A stretch of 64,000 nucleotides of DNA from Escherichia coli (GTDB taxonomy: Bacteria; Pseudomonadota; Gammaproteobacteria; Enterobacterales; Enterobacteriaceae): assembly GCF_024700885.2 (NCBI RefSeq), contig NZ_CP117016.1, one strand, 5' to 3'. The position numbers were made by a program, and so were the translations under genes. A model generated the notes under the pieces. That model saw nothing but the letters and a program-made list of their open reading frames with translations, was not told the origin of the DNA and made no database searches. Numbering within the stretch: position 1 is the stretch's first letter; each line of letters begins with the position of its first letter. Shown one piece after another: positions 47,892 through 58,185 of the stretch.

Positions 47892-48771
47892 CCTCCAGTT
47901 TCGCTTTGCATTCTATGTAAATGGCTTGTACGTTCTGCTGCAATTTCATTCCAGATGTCAGGCGATATGCTTCTGCAAAATATCGCTTCAAATCATCCAT
48001 GTTTTCTGCCTGAGCCATTTCATCACAAAGAAGTTGTGCTTTTTCCATAATTTCCTGCTGGCGTTTCCGTTCATCTTCGCGGATATATTCCTCTGATTTG
48101 TGCGGCATAACTGGTTCAGTCCACACACCTTCTTCTTCGTTTAGTACGTGAATAGCACTATCAAGACGTGATGCCTTAGGCCAATACTTGCTTGCACGCT
48201 TTACGACCGTCTTTCGCGCCATCTCTTCCCAGAATGTTTTCCACGGTCCATTCTTTGCCTTGCTCGTTGCTTCCACAGCTTTAATTTCTGCCAGACTCAT
48301 TTCTTCAGTCAGGTAGTCACCATCTGCTGTTTTAACCGTGCAATAACCACCAACAATAGAGCCTCGCTCACCAAATGCGTTGTATTTGTGGGTTGGTGCT
48401 GAATCAAGACCGTTTGATTCATAGGTGTCGTTTGAGTACACCAGTTTGCATTGCCCCCACTTAATTGATCCTGTCGACTGTGCAAGGTGAAGTAATCCCA
48501 TGTAACTGATATCAAGGCACACCATGCCGTCGCGAGGAACCAGATAAGCCAGTTTGCTGGCCGGGTTTAAGGTGATGCCGATCGCCGCAACGTTGATGAT
48601 AGCGTTCTGTGCGCTGGTCGGATTTGCCAGTGCCGTTTTAGCCAGGTAATCATTTTTCTGGAAATACTGAATTGCAAACTGGCTTTCCTTAGCCCATGTC
48701 ACCGTCTGTTCAGTCAATGCTCCGCAGAATAACTGCTCCTGCTGTTTAACGAATTCAACGATATTGCTCAT
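47869..48771 (-). CDS. recT: RecT-family single-strand annealing recombinase
   Basis: 300-aa protein, recognised as RecT-like; occupies the position of lambda bet. Confidence 0.7.
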   Translation of the reverse strand: MSNIVEFVKQQEQLFCGALTEQTVTWAKESQFAIQYFQKNDYLAKTALANPTSAQNAIINVAAIGITLNPASKLAYLVPRDGMVCLDISYMGLLHLAQSTGSIKWGQCKLVYSNDTYESNGLDSAPTHKYNAFGERGSIVGGYCTVKTADGDYLTEEMSLAEIKAVEATSKAKNGPWKTFWEEMARKTVVKRASKYWPKASRLDSAIHVLNEEEGVWTEPVMPHKSEEYIREDERKRQQEIMEKAQLLCDEMAQAENMDDLKRYFAEAYRLTSGMKLQQNVQAIYIECKAKLEVASEQTI

Positions 48772-49079
48772 GCTGCTTCTCCATAAATGTGTCTGCGTTT
48801 GAATATTGCGAAGGCATATTCAGCCTTAACTCTTTCGGTTATTGCATCCCAGAACCATTCAGCGGCTTTTTCCTGATAGTTACAGTCATCATCTTCCAGC
48901 CAGTCGATAGCGTCCTTAGTGTGTTCATCTGGTTTATATGAGCGAAGCATTTCGCTTATTGGGTCGCAACGTTTGCAGAGGCGATCAACTTCACTGTTGA
49001 TTCGTTCGTAATCTTCATCAGTAAAACTTGCGATTATTTGCGATATTTCACGCTTATCATTCAGAGTCAGAATCATCAT
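48768..49079 (-). CDS. hypothetical phage protein (103 aa)
   Basis: ORF overlapping recT start. Confidence 0.45.
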   Translation of the reverse strand: MMILTLNDKREISQIIASFTDEDYERINSEVDRLCKRCDPISEMLRSYKPDEHTKDAIDWLEDDDCNYQEKAAEWFWDAITERVKAEYAFAIFKRRHIYGEAA

Positions 49080-49160
49080 CTTTCTCCTGTTCTTTGTGCT
49101 GATTGAGCATTTTGTTCATCTGACGAATGAATTCTTCGTCTGACCAGTTATCTGTAAAAC

Positions 49161-49313
49161 TCATTTCCTGCGATACCACGGAAGGTTGATAGCTGATTTC
49201 ATCTCTTTATTTGCTTCAAGCCACATTTTGGAATCACCAATAAATCTGGCTATTACTGCTTTGTTTTGTGCCGCACGAAGCATCTGGTGATTGATGGCTA
49301 TTTCATTGCGCAT
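49161..49313 (-). CDS. kil: Kil-like host division inhibitor (50 aa)
   Basis: MRNEIAINHQMLRAAQNKAVIARFIGDSKMWLEANKEMKSAINLPWYRRK; resemblance to lambda Kil is from memory; adjacent to cIII as in lambda. Confidence 0.45.
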   Translation of the reverse strand: MRNEIAINHQMLRAAQNKAVIARFIGDSKMWLEANKEMKSAINLPWYRRK

Positions 49314-49432
49314 AACGCCTCCAGTTGTTTCTTTGCTGCTCTGATTAATTGTTTAACTCGGCGTGATAATTCAGATTCGTGCGGGTAGAAAGCGGACATG
49401 ACGCCGCTACCCGCGAGCTGAAAGTGCATCAT
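49298..49432 (-). CDS. cIII: CIII-like protein (FtsH inhibitor)
   Basis: MMHFQLAGSGVMSAFYPHESELSRRVKQLIRAAKKQLEAL resembles lambda CIII; AAGGAG ribosome-binding site. Confidence 0.5.
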   Translation of the reverse strand: MMHFQLAGSGVMSAFYPHESELSRRVKQLIRAAKKQLEALCAMK

Positions 49433-49615
49433 GGGTAACTCCTTATATTTGATTGCATAACGAAAACGCCTCGAGTGAAGCGTTATTGGTATGCATATAA
49501 AAAGGCCCTCACACTGGAGGGCAAAGAAGAGTTCCAATAATCAGAACAAGTCGGCTCCTGTTTAGTTACGAGCGACATTGCTCACATAGCAGACTCGTAA
49601 ATCTGCTATAGGCGC

Positions 49616-49777
49616 TTATTCGCATCGCATGACAACATCAAATTTTTCGAGATTACTTTGTCGCAACAATCCTTCTTCTACGCGGTCAGCTTTTCTATAA
49701 TTATCAAATTCGAAATGTTTAATTACTTCTTTTGTTTCTCGCTCTATAACTTCAACAATGTATTTCTTATTCATCAT
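49616..49777 (-). CDS. small hypothetical protein (53 aa)
   Basis: ATGA start/stop overlap with upstream ORF. Confidence 0.35.
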   Translation of the reverse strand: MMNKKYIVEVIERETKEVIKHFEFDNYRKADRVEEGLLRQSNLEKFDVVMRCE

Positions 49778-50070
49778 TCTTCCCCAAGAGCTTTTCTGAT
49801 TGCTGCAAGACCTTTATTAACAGCTCCATACCATTCTGGATATGTTGTCGTTGTTCTATTTTTGGTTTGCTTAAGTAATAACTGAAGTGCTTCGAGAAGG
49901 TCAGGTGCTGCCGCTATTAGATTGGCATCTTCAATGCATTGAACTTCCTCACAGATTGCAATATACGAACGCCAGCCTGCGCCATTTTCAAGTGAGTCTG
50001 CCTGGATGATTTTAATCTCATCGCCATCCATCATTATTTCCCACTTACCTTCAGTACCTTTAAATTCCAT
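49774..50070 (-). CDS. hypothetical phage protein (98 aa)
   Basis: ORF in N operon. Confidence 0.45.
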   Translation of the reverse strand: MEFKGTEGKWEIMMDGDEIKIIQADSLENGAGWRSYIAICEEVQCIEDANLIAAAPDLLEALQLLLKQTKNRTTTTYPEWYGAVNKGLAAIRKALGEE

Positions 50071-50109
50071 GTTAGCCTCTGTTGTTTATGCCAAAAATGA
50101 AGGCCACCA

Positions 50110-50361
50110 TCAGGCAGCCTTGTTGTAAATGTTGCAGGTATCAAGTAAGTAATTAGATGGAGCGCCATAAATTATGAATTCATCGTTTGTCGGGTCCATC
50201 TCCATCTCTTGGCCTATTGCCATTCTTGCGTCAGTGTCATCAGCGGCGAAACATAAAACAGCCCACGCACCCATTGTTTTAAAAAGAACTGCAATTGGCT
50301 GTGGTTTTACTGAATTTGCGTTAGCGCGAAAATCACAAATCGCACTTTCATGAAATTCCAT
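50110..50361 (-). CDS. hypothetical phage protein (83 aa)
   Basis: ORF directly downstream of N. Confidence 0.45.
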   Translation of the reverse strand: MEFHESAICDFRANANSVKPQPIAVLFKTMGAWAVLCFAADDTDARMAIGQEMEMDPTNDEFIIYGAPSNYLLDTCNIYNKAA

Positions 50362-50369
50362 ATCTCACC

Positions 50370-50696
50370 TCAAATAAGTGGTTTGCTGCCTAATTTCATT
50401 TTCTGGCGACCAACACAAGTCACGCCCATTTCACTGCGTGGCTTGCTGTACCATGTGCGCTGATTCTTGCGCTCAATACGTTGCAGGTTGCTTTCAATCT
50501 GTTCGTGGTATTCAGCCAGCGCCGTAAGGTCTATCGGATTCAGTGCGCTTTCTACTCGTGATTTCGGTTTGCGATTCAGCGAGAGAATAGGGCGGCTAAC
50601 TGGTTTTGCGCTTACCCCAACCAACAGGGGATTTGCTGCTTTCCATTGAGCCTGTTTCTCTGCGCGACGTTCGCGGCGGCGTGTTTGTGCATCCAT
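50370..50696 (-). CDS. N: antitermination protein N
   Basis: Starts MDAQTRRRERRAEKQAQWKAAN, the arginine-rich boxB-binding motif of lambda N. Confidence 0.85.
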   Translation of the reverse strand: MDAQTRRRERRAEKQAQWKAANPLLVGVSAKPVSRPILSLNRKPKSRVESALNPIDLTALAEYHEQIESNLQRIERKNQRTWYSKPRSEMGVTCVGRQKMKLGSKPLI

Positions 50697-50868
50697 CTGG
50701 ATTCTCCTGTCAGTTAGCTTTGGTGGTGTGGTAGGTGGGAGACCCATTTCGACCTGCTTCGGCCGACTTCAATTCGGCAATAGTTCCGCAGGCCTCGCCG
50801 CTTTACGTGCGACATATTCCCATCCATGAACCCTTCACCACACCCCAAAGCCTTCTGCTTTGAATGCT

Positions 50869-50902
50869 GCCCTTCTTCAGGGCTAAATTTTTAAGAGCCT
50901 CA
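50869..50902 (-). promoter_or_regulatory. nutL site (boxB hairpin GCCCTGAAGAAGGGC plus adjacent boxA-like sequence)
   Basis: boxB palindrome at 50869-50883 between pL and N. Confidence 0.7.
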
Positions 50903-50944
50903 CCTTCAATGGTGGTTAGTGCGTCCTGCTGATGGCTTAAAATT

Positions 50945-51012
50945 ACAAGAAAGATTGTATGTTGTAAACAAGAAATATTGTAAAAATGGGCGTGAAAAAC
51001 AAACTCCATTGT
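50945..51012. promoter_or_regulatory. oL/pL region with three 434-type operators (ACAA-N6-TTGT)
   Basis: ACAAGAAAGATTGT, ACAAGAAATATTGT, ACAAACTCCATTGT. Confidence 0.7.
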
Positions 51013-51062
51013 TTTTAAACGGAAAATAGTTTGTTTTTTGGTTGTCGAAATTGAGGTGAGGA

Positions 51063-52415
<1,353 letters not shown>

Positions 52416-52423
52416 GACATTCC

Positions 52424-52455
52424 CGCTCTTACACATCCCAGCCCTGAAAAAGGGC
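52424..52455 (+). promoter_or_regulatory. nutR site (boxA CGCTCTTA and boxB GCCCTGAAAAAGGGC)
   Basis: Canonical boxA and boxB hairpin between cro and cII. Confidence 0.8.
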
Positions 52456-52534
52456 ATCAAATTAAACCACACCTATGGTGTATGCATTTATTTGCATACA
52501 TTCAATCAATTGTTATCTAAGGAAATACTTACAT

Positions 52535-52813
52535 ATGCAACTTACAAGTACTCGCAAGAAAGCGAATGCAATTACAAGCAACATCCTGAATCGAATTGCT
52601 GTACGTGGTCAGCGAAAGGTTGCCGACGCGTTAGGGGTTAATGAATCGCAAATTTCGCGATGGAAAGACAGCTTCATCCCCAAAATGGGAATGCTTCTGG
52701 CTGTTCTTGAATGGGGTGTTGAAGACGAGGAGTTGGCGGAACTGGCTAAGAAAGTAGCCAGAATGCTGACAAAAGAAAAAGCCCCGAAGAACGGCGAATT
52801 CTTCGAGGCCTAA
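52535..52813 (+). CDS. cII: CII-like transcriptional activator
   Basis: 92 aa; ...VNESQISRWKDSFIPKMGMLLAVLEWGVEDEE matches CII helix-turn-helix region; AAGGAAA ribosome-binding site. Confidence 0.75.
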   Translation: MQLTSTRKKANAITSNILNRIAVRGQRKVADALGVNESQISRWKDSFIPKMGMLLAVLEWGVEDEELAELAKKVARMLTKEKAPKNGEFFEA

Positions 52814-52847
52814 TGTAGAAAGACTGGATCAATCCACGGGAGTAATT

Positions 52848-53009
52848 ATGACAAAACGTCGTAAGAAATACCAGGAAAAAGAAGAGATTCGACACCCTGA
52901 TTCACCTGAGGGATTAGTGGTAGCCGCAGCAAATAACAGGGCGTTCGCAGAGCGCCTTGTTGGTGTTTACAGACTAGCCAAAGCAGGAGTGAAACATGGG
53001 CGTCGTTAA
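52848..53009 (+). CDS. small hypothetical basic protein (53 aa)
   Basis: ORF with GGGAG ribosome-binding site between cII and the replication gene. Confidence 0.3.
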   Translation: MTKRRKKYQEKEEIRHPDSPEGLVVAAANNRAFAERLVGVYRLAKAGVKHGRR

Positions 53010-53058
53010 GTTAGCTGATTACAGGCATAACCCTGTACAACATCAGGAGGCATCCAGT

Positions 53059-53886
53059 ATGGGGTATGTCTCTATACACCGCCAGTTTATGGACAGCAGG
53101 CTCTATAAGGACTCTCAGGCAGTACATCTTTGGCTTCACTTAATCCTCAAGGCTAATCACGAATCTACTGTCGTCAATACGGTTATCGGGCCGATAACTG
53201 TTGATCGCGGTCAGATGATAACTGGACGCCCGTCGCTGGTCAGAGAAACATTCATCCCCGACAACAAAGTTAGGAGCTTATTGCGGACTTTTGAGTCGAA
53301 AGGGATGCTTAATATTTGCTCGATGGGGAAGAAATTTAGCCTGTTTACAATCGTTAAATATGACGATTTTCAGGCAAAAAATTGTCCAACGGTTGTCCAA
53401 CGGTTGTCCAACGCAAACACCAGTAATGGCGCGGCTCTCAGCGGAGATTGTCCAACGGTTGTCCAACGGTTGTCCATAAACAATAATATAAATAATATCT
53501 CTAATACTGACGTATTAGAGAGTACCGCAGCAGACAAAAAGTCTGACAAGAAAAAACCTTCCGTCAGCTGTCAGGATGTTGTCGATGCTTACCACGAAAT
53601 CCTTCCTGAAGCGCCAAGAATCCGCGCACTGAATGACAAGCGTAAAAACCAGATCCGAACGTTCTGGCGCAAAGCCGGAGTGATAACCCGACAGCTTGAC
53701 GGGCATGGGTTCACGATGCAGGACTGGAGAAATTATTTGAGCTACGTAGGCGAAAATTGCCGATGGATGTTCGAAGAACGCCCAAACCATCAACGCGGAA
53801 CCGTCTGGCACAAAAAGGGATTTGATTTCCTGCTTAACGACAATACCTACCTGAAAGTTCGTGAGGGTGAACATGATGACCGATAA
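53059..53886 (+). CDS. replication initiator (O-like) containing the iteron origin
   Basis: Strong AGGAGG ribosome-binding site; iterons embedded in coding sequence; followed by helicase gene. Confidence 0.7.
   Translation: MGYVSIHRQFMDSRLYKDSQAVHLWLHLILKANHESTVVNTVIGPITVDRGQMITGRPSLVRETFIPDNKVRSLLRTFESKGMLNICSMGKKFSLFTIVKYDDFQAKNCPTVVQRLSNANTSNGAALSGDCPTVVQRLSINNNINNISNTDVLESTAADKKSDKKKPSVSCQDVVDAYHEILPEAPRIRALNDKRKNQIRTFWRKAGVITRQLDGHGFTMQDWRNYLSYVGENCRWMFEERPNHQRGTVWHKKGFDFLLNDNTYLKVREGEHDDR
53382..53477. repeat. origin iterons: two clusters of three TTGTCCAACGG repeats
   Basis: Direct 11-bp repeats at 53382-53414 and 53448-53477, followed by AT-rich stretch. Confidence 0.8.
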
Positions 53887-55312
53887 TTTTTATGCGCCGC
53901 CCCATAGCATCGAGGCAGAGCAGGCGGTGATTGGTGGATTGCTTCTGGATGATGACAGCAGTGAGCGCGTCCAGAAAGTTCTGGCGATGCTGAAGCCCGA
54001 TTCATTTTACAGCCGACCACACAAAATCCTTTTCGAAGAAATAACCAGAATGCACCGGGAGCAAAAGCCAGTAGATGGCCTGACGCTTTTCGATGAACTG
54101 GAGCGTAAATCGTTAACGGTGTCTGTTGGCGGTTTTGCTTATATCGCTGAGATCGCAAAGAACACGCCAAGCGCAGCAAACATCGTTGCCTATGCAATGC
54201 AGGTTCGTGAAACCGCAATGGAACGCTACGCCATCAACCGCATGACTGAAGCGACGGAATTGCTCTATTCCCGCAACGGAATGACTGCAACGCAGAAGTA
54301 CGAAGCTATTCAGGCGATTTTCACGCAACTGACAGACCATGCAAAAACCGGATCGCGTCGCGGCCTTCGCTCATTTGGTGAGGTCATGGAAGACTGGGTT
54401 AGCGACCTTGAGAAGCGATCTGACCCGTCAGGCGAACAACGAGGAATGAGCACAGGGATCCCATCTCTGGACAGGATGCTGTCACCGAAAGGTCTGGTGA
54501 AAGGCTCTCTGTTCGTCATTGGCGCTCGCCCTAAGATGGGGAAAACGACGCTATACAGCCAGATGGCAATCAACTGCGCAGTGCATGAGAAAAAGCCAGC
54601 TCTGATGTTCAGCCTTGAAATGCCAGGTGACCAGATACTGGAAAAACTGGTAGGGCAGAAGTCTGGTGTTAACCCGAATATTTTTTACCTTCCGGCGACA
54701 AATGACGCTGATGACGGCTATCAGGGTGATTACGATGGTGACTTCAACAGGGCGATCGAAACAGCAAATCGCTTGAGTGAAATCGACCTGCTTTACATCG
54801 ACGACACGCCGGGATTATCTCTGGCTCAAATCGTCAGCGAAAGCCGTCGAATCAAGCGAGAAAAAGGATGTGTTGGCATGATTCTGGTCGATTACCTGAC
54901 ACTAATGACCGCTGAAAAGGCCGATCGCAACGACCTTGCTTACGGCATGATCACCAAAGGACTGAAGAACCTTGCCAAAGAGCTTGATTGCGTTGTTGTG
55001 CTTCTGACACAGCTTAACCGCGCACTGGAAAGCCGAACCAATAAACGCCCATTACCAAGTGACTCACGAGATACAGGGCAGATTGAACAGGATTGCGATT
55101 ATTGGGTGGGGATCCATCGTGAAGGTGCTTTTGATGACAGCGTTCCTCCTGGTGAAACCGAACTAATCCTTCGTCTCAATCGTCATGGCAATACCGGCAC
55201 GGTGTATTGCATTCAGGTAAATGGCGCTATTTATGACACAGACCAACAGTCTGCTGAAATGCGCCGACGTGAACGCGAGGAACCGCAGTCCAAGAAGAAA
55301 GGAGGATTCTGA
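53873..55312 (+). CDS. DnaB-family replicative helicase
   Basis: 479 aa; N-terminal IEAEQAVIGG and Walker A GARPKMGKTT. Confidence 0.85.
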   Translation: MMTDNFYAPPHSIEAEQAVIGGLLLDDDSSERVQKVLAMLKPDSFYSRPHKILFEEITRMHREQKPVDGLTLFDELERKSLTVSVGGFAYIAEIAKNTPSAANIVAYAMQVRETAMERYAINRMTEATELLYSRNGMTATQKYEAIQAIFTQLTDHAKTGSRRGLRSFGEVMEDWVSDLEKRSDPSGEQRGMSTGIPSLDRMLSPKGLVKGSLFVIGARPKMGKTTLYSQMAINCAVHEKKPALMFSLEMPGDQILEKLVGQKSGVNPNIFYLPATNDADDGYQGDYDGDFNRAIETANRLSEIDLLYIDDTPGLSLAQIVSESRRIKREKGCVGMILVDYLTLMTAEKADRNDLAYGMITKGLKNLAKELDCVVVLLTQLNRALESRTNKRPLPSDSRDTGQIEQDCDYWVGIHREGAFDDSVPPGETELILRLNRHGNTGTVYCIQVNGAIYDTDQQSAEMRRREREEPQSKKKGGF

Positions 55313-55387
55313 TGACCATCTACATCACTGAGCTAATAACAGGCCTGCTGGTAATCGCAGGCCTTTTTATTTGGGGGAGAGGGAGTC

Positions 55388-55828
55388 ATGAAAAAACTAA
55401 CCTTTGAAATTCGATCTCCAGCACATCAGCAAAACGCTATTCACGCAGTACAGCAAATTCTTCCAGACCCAACCAAACCAATCGTAGTAACCATTCAGGA
55501 ACGCAACCGCAGCTTAGACCAAAACCGAAAGCTTTGGGCCTGCTTAGGTGACGTCTCTCGTCAGGTTGAATGGCATGGTCGCTGGCTGGATGCAGAAAGC
55601 TGGAAGTGTGTGTTTACCGCAGCATTAAAGCAGCAGGATGTTGTTCCTAACCTTGCCGGGAATGGCTTTGTGGTAATAGGCCAGTCAACCAGCAGGATGC
55701 GTGTAAGCGAATTTGCGGAGCTATTAGAGCTTATACAGGCATTCGGTACAGAGCGTGGCGTTAAGTGGTCAGACGAAGCGCGACTGGCTCTCGAATGGAA
55801 AGCGCGATGGGGAGACAGGGCGGCATGA
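55388..55828 (+). CDS. ninB: NinB (Orf-family recombination protein)
   Basis: 146-aa protein, recognised. Confidence 0.75.
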   Translation: MKKLTFEIRSPAHQQNAIHAVQQILPDPTKPIVVTIQERNRSLDQNRKLWACLGDVSRQVEWHGRWLDAESWKCVFTAALKQQDVVPNLAGNGFVVIGQSTSRMRVSEFAELLELIQAFGTERGVKWSDEARLALEWKARWGDRAA

Positions 55829-56001
55829 GACGACAGCGACGAAGTATCACCGACATAATCTGCGAAAACTGCAAATACCTTCCAACGAAACGCTCCAGAA
55901 ATAAACGCAAGCCAATCCCAAAAGAATCTGACGTAAAAACCTTCAATTACACAGCTCACCTGTGGGATATCCGGTGGCTAAGAAATCGTGCGAGGAAATG
56001 A
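55825..56001 (+). CDS. ninD: NinD-like small Cys-containing protein
   Basis: [36 protein letters not shown]...; ATGA overlap with ninB stop. Confidence 0.5.
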   Translation: MRRQRRSITDIICENCKYLPTKRSRNKRKPIPKESDVKTFNYTAHLWDIRWLRNRARK

Positions 56002-56381
56002 CAATGGATTATTCACAGTTAAGTGATTTTGAAATTAACAAGCGAGTGGCAATCGCAAATGGACTTTTGGTTCAGGGCATTGATGATAGTAAAGCCACTG
56101 GAATGACTAGCAAATATCACGAACTCCGGCCGCACACTGTTTGGGTGAGTGATGGTAAAAACCCATGGGTGCAATATGCACCAACTCTTTGCTGGGAGGA
56201 TGCTGGACCTGTCATCTTGAAGAATCGCATCAGTCTTGTTTGGGATTGCGCTGAAGATGGCAGTTCTGAATGGTGGAATTCTGTTGATCAGTTCGATTCT
56301 TGCCGAGTTCAGTACCAGTCTAATCCCCTCCGCGCCGCCATGATTGTATTTCTCATGATGCAGGACGCCAATAATGCTTAG
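55998..56381 (+). CDS. hypothetical nin-region protein (127 aa)
   Basis: ATGA overlap with upstream stop. Confidence 0.5.
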   Translation: MTMDYSQLSDFEINKRVAIANGLLVQGIDDSKATGMTSKYHELRPHTVWVSDGKNPWVQYAPTLCWEDAGPVILKNRISLVWDCAEDGSSEWWNSVDQFDSCRVQYQSNPLRAAMIVFLMMQDANNA

Positions 56382-56559
56382 CCCATCCCAATCCCTTCAA
56401 TACCAGAAAGAAAGCGTCGAGCGGGCTTTAACGTGCGCTAACTGCGGTCAGAAGCTGCATGTGCTGGAAGTTCACGTGTGTGAGCGTTGTATATATGAAT
56501 GCTTAAATATGGTGGAACATAATGAGAAATATAAGCAACATAGACGAATTAAGAAATAA
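56374..56559 (+). pseudogene. ninF: ninF disrupted by insertion; chimeric 61-aa ORF keeps the CxxC...CxxC motif
   Basis: [37 protein letters not shown] then divergence at 56486; in-frame NinF-like C-terminus resumes at 57028-57089. Confidence 0.6.
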
Positions 56560-57027
56560 ATTATCATATGATGATGTTTTAGGTGTGCTTAGATGGAAAG
56601 TGTCTCCTTCTAATAATGTTAAGGTTGGCAGTGTTGCTGGTTACATTAGGAGTGATGGTTATAGGATGTTAACTATCGATGGTGTAATTACTTATGCTCA
56701 CCACGTTATATGGATGATAAATAATGGTGAGATTCCATTAGGGTATAAAATTGATCATATAAATGGAGTAAGGTCAGATAATAGGCTATCTAATCTTCGA
56801 TTGGTTACACACCAACAGAATGCACAGAACCAAAAGAGAAAAATAACCAATTCGTCAGGAGTGACTGGAGTATATTTCAATAAAGAGAGATGTAAGTGGA
56901 TTGCGAATATATGCGTAGATGGGCGCACCAAATATCTTGGAATATTTGCAAGCATCATTGACGCTATTGCAGAAAGGAAGAGGGCAGAAAAAGAACTGGG
57001 TTTTCATGAAAACCATGGCAGACCATA
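56486..57027 (+). mobile_element. 542-bp AT-rich insertion carrying an HNH homing endonuclease gene, inside ninF
   Basis: Deleting 56486-57027 restores a contiguous ninF frame (...VHVCEHCAELMSDPNSSMYEEEDDE); abrupt GC drop. Confidence 0.6.
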
Positions 57028-57028
57028 A
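56522..57028 (+). CDS. HNH homing endonuclease with AP2-like DNA-binding domain
   Basis: 168 aa; YKIDHINGVRSDNRLSNLRLVTHQQNAQN (HNH) followed by SGVTGVYFNKERCKWIANI (AP2-like). Confidence 0.75.
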   Translation: MRNISNIDELRNKLSYDDVLGVLRWKVSPSNNVKVGSVAGYIRSDGYRMLTIDGVITYAHHVIWMINNGEIPLGYKIDHINGVRSDNRLSNLRLVTHQQNAQNQKRKITNSSGVTGVYFNKERCKWIANICVDGRTKYLGIFASIIDAIAERKRAEKELGFHENHGRP

Positions 57029-57029
57029 C

Positions 57030-57089
57030 TGCGCAGAACTGATGAGCGATCCGAATAGCTCAATGTACGAGGAAGAAGACGATGAGTGA
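57030..57089 (+). pseudogene. ninF: ninF 3' remnant
   Basis: In-frame CAELMSDPNSSMYEEEDDE-stop immediately after the insertion. Confidence 0.5.
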
Positions 57090-57351
57090 TTTCTCTGAGC
57101 TTATTTCCTTCAAAAAAGACAGAGAAGAAATGCGGACTGAATCTGTCTATTACGTTCAACACCGGAATAAACGCTCTGTGCTTGATCAGGAGCTGGTTAT
57201 TACCGGAGACCTGGCATTCAGAACATATAAGGCCAGCATGGAAATGAAGGATTTCCCTAAATGTGGTTCTGAAAGAGAAGCCGCGTTAAAGCTGGCAGAG
57301 TGGATGCAGAGAATGGCTGCTGCAATTGAGAATTACTGGAGCGAACCATAA
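57082..57351 (+). CDS. hypothetical nin-region protein (89 aa)
   Basis: ORF; start lies 5 nt before ninF-remnant stop. Confidence 0.5.
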   Translation: MSDFSELISFKKDREEMRTESVYYVQHRNKRSVLDQELVITGDLAFRTYKASMEMKDFPKCGSEREAALKLAEWMQRMAAAIENYWSEP

Positions 57352-57641
57352 TGGCTAACCTACGCAAAGAAGCACGCGGCAGAGAATGCCAGGTACGTAT
57401 TTACGGCGTATGCAATGGCAATCCTGAAACTACAGTTCTGGCACATTACCGGATGGCTGGAATTTGCGGAACGGGAATGAAACCTGACGACCTGATCGGT
57501 GCATGGGCTTGTAGCGCGTGTCACGATGAAATCGACCGACGTACCCATAACCTCGACAACAAAGACGCCAGACTTTACCACCTCGAAGGCGTGATCAGGA
57601 CGCAGGCGATACTGCTGAGGGAGGGGAAGATTAAGCCATGA
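57351..57641 (+). CDS. YbcO-like (DUF1364) putative nuclease
   Basis: 96 aa; Cys/His pattern CQVRIYGVCNG...HYRMAGICGTGMKPDD...CSACHDEIDRRTH. Confidence 0.55.
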   Translation: MANLRKEARGRECQVRIYGVCNGNPETTVLAHYRMAGICGTGMKPDDLIGAWACSACHDEIDRRTHNLDNKDARLYHLEGVIRTQAILLREGKIKP

Positions 57642-58000
57642 ACGAATATCAGTTTGTGCTTCCATACCCGCCGTCGGTGAATACCTACTGGCGAAGACGG
57701 GGAAGCCAATACTACATCAGCGATAAAGGCCAGAAATACCGAAAAGATGTACAGCAAATAATCCGCCAACTCAAGTTAGACATTTTCACCAAATCACGAC
57801 TCCGCATCAAAGTCATCGCAGACGTTCCAGACTCCCGCCGCCGCGACCTCGATAACATCCTGAAAGGTTTACTCGATTCCCTTATCCACGCCGGATTTGC
57901 GGAAGACGACGAGCAATTCGATGACATTCGCGTAATTCGTGGTGTGAAAGTACCAGGCGGACGGCTTGGAATAAAAATCACCGAACTGGAGAACGCATGA
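57638..58000 (+). CDS. rusA: RusA Holliday junction resolvase
   Basis: 120-aa protein MNEYQFVLPYPPSVNTYWRRRG with conserved acidic residues, recognised. Confidence 0.8.
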   Translation: MNEYQFVLPYPPSVNTYWRRRGSQYYISDKGQKYRKDVQQIIRQLKLDIFTKSRLRIKVIADVPDSRRRDLDNILKGLLDSLIHAGFAEDDEQFDDIRVIRGVKVPGGRLGIKITELENA

Positions 58001-58185
58001 ACGCCACAATTCAAACGATACCAGAGCTTCTTATTCAGACACGAGGCAATCAGACCGAAGTGGCGAGGATGCTTTCCTGCGCAAGAGGAACAGTGCTCAA
58101 GTACAACCGAGACAGCAAAGGCGAGCGTCACGTAATAGTTAACGGCGTCCTGATGGTCAAACAGGGCAAGAGGGGTAGACCATGA
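57997..58185 (+). CDS. small putative DNA-binding protein (62 aa)
   Basis: Helix-turn-helix-like segment TRGNQTEVARMLSCARGTVLKY; overlapping start/stop with rusA and Q. Confidence 0.45.
   Translation: MNATIQTIPELLIQTRGNQTEVARMLSCARGTVLKYNRDSKGERHVIVNGVLMVKQGKRGRP

Noticed and set aside
50803-51009. 68-aa minus-strand ORF between N and the secreted gene
   Set aside because: Overlaps the oL/pL operators and the nutL site; regulatory DNA rather than coding.
53861-53872. Upstream GTG start for the helicase and ATG at 52996 for the O-like gene as given by the ORF track
   Set aside because: Internal ATGs at 53873 and 53059 have properly spaced ribosome-binding sites, while the track starts overlap upstream genes without one.
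56486-57027. Group I intron interpretation of the insertion in ninF
   Set aside because: The endonuclease ORF occupies about 507 of 542 bp, leaving no room for an intron catalytic core.
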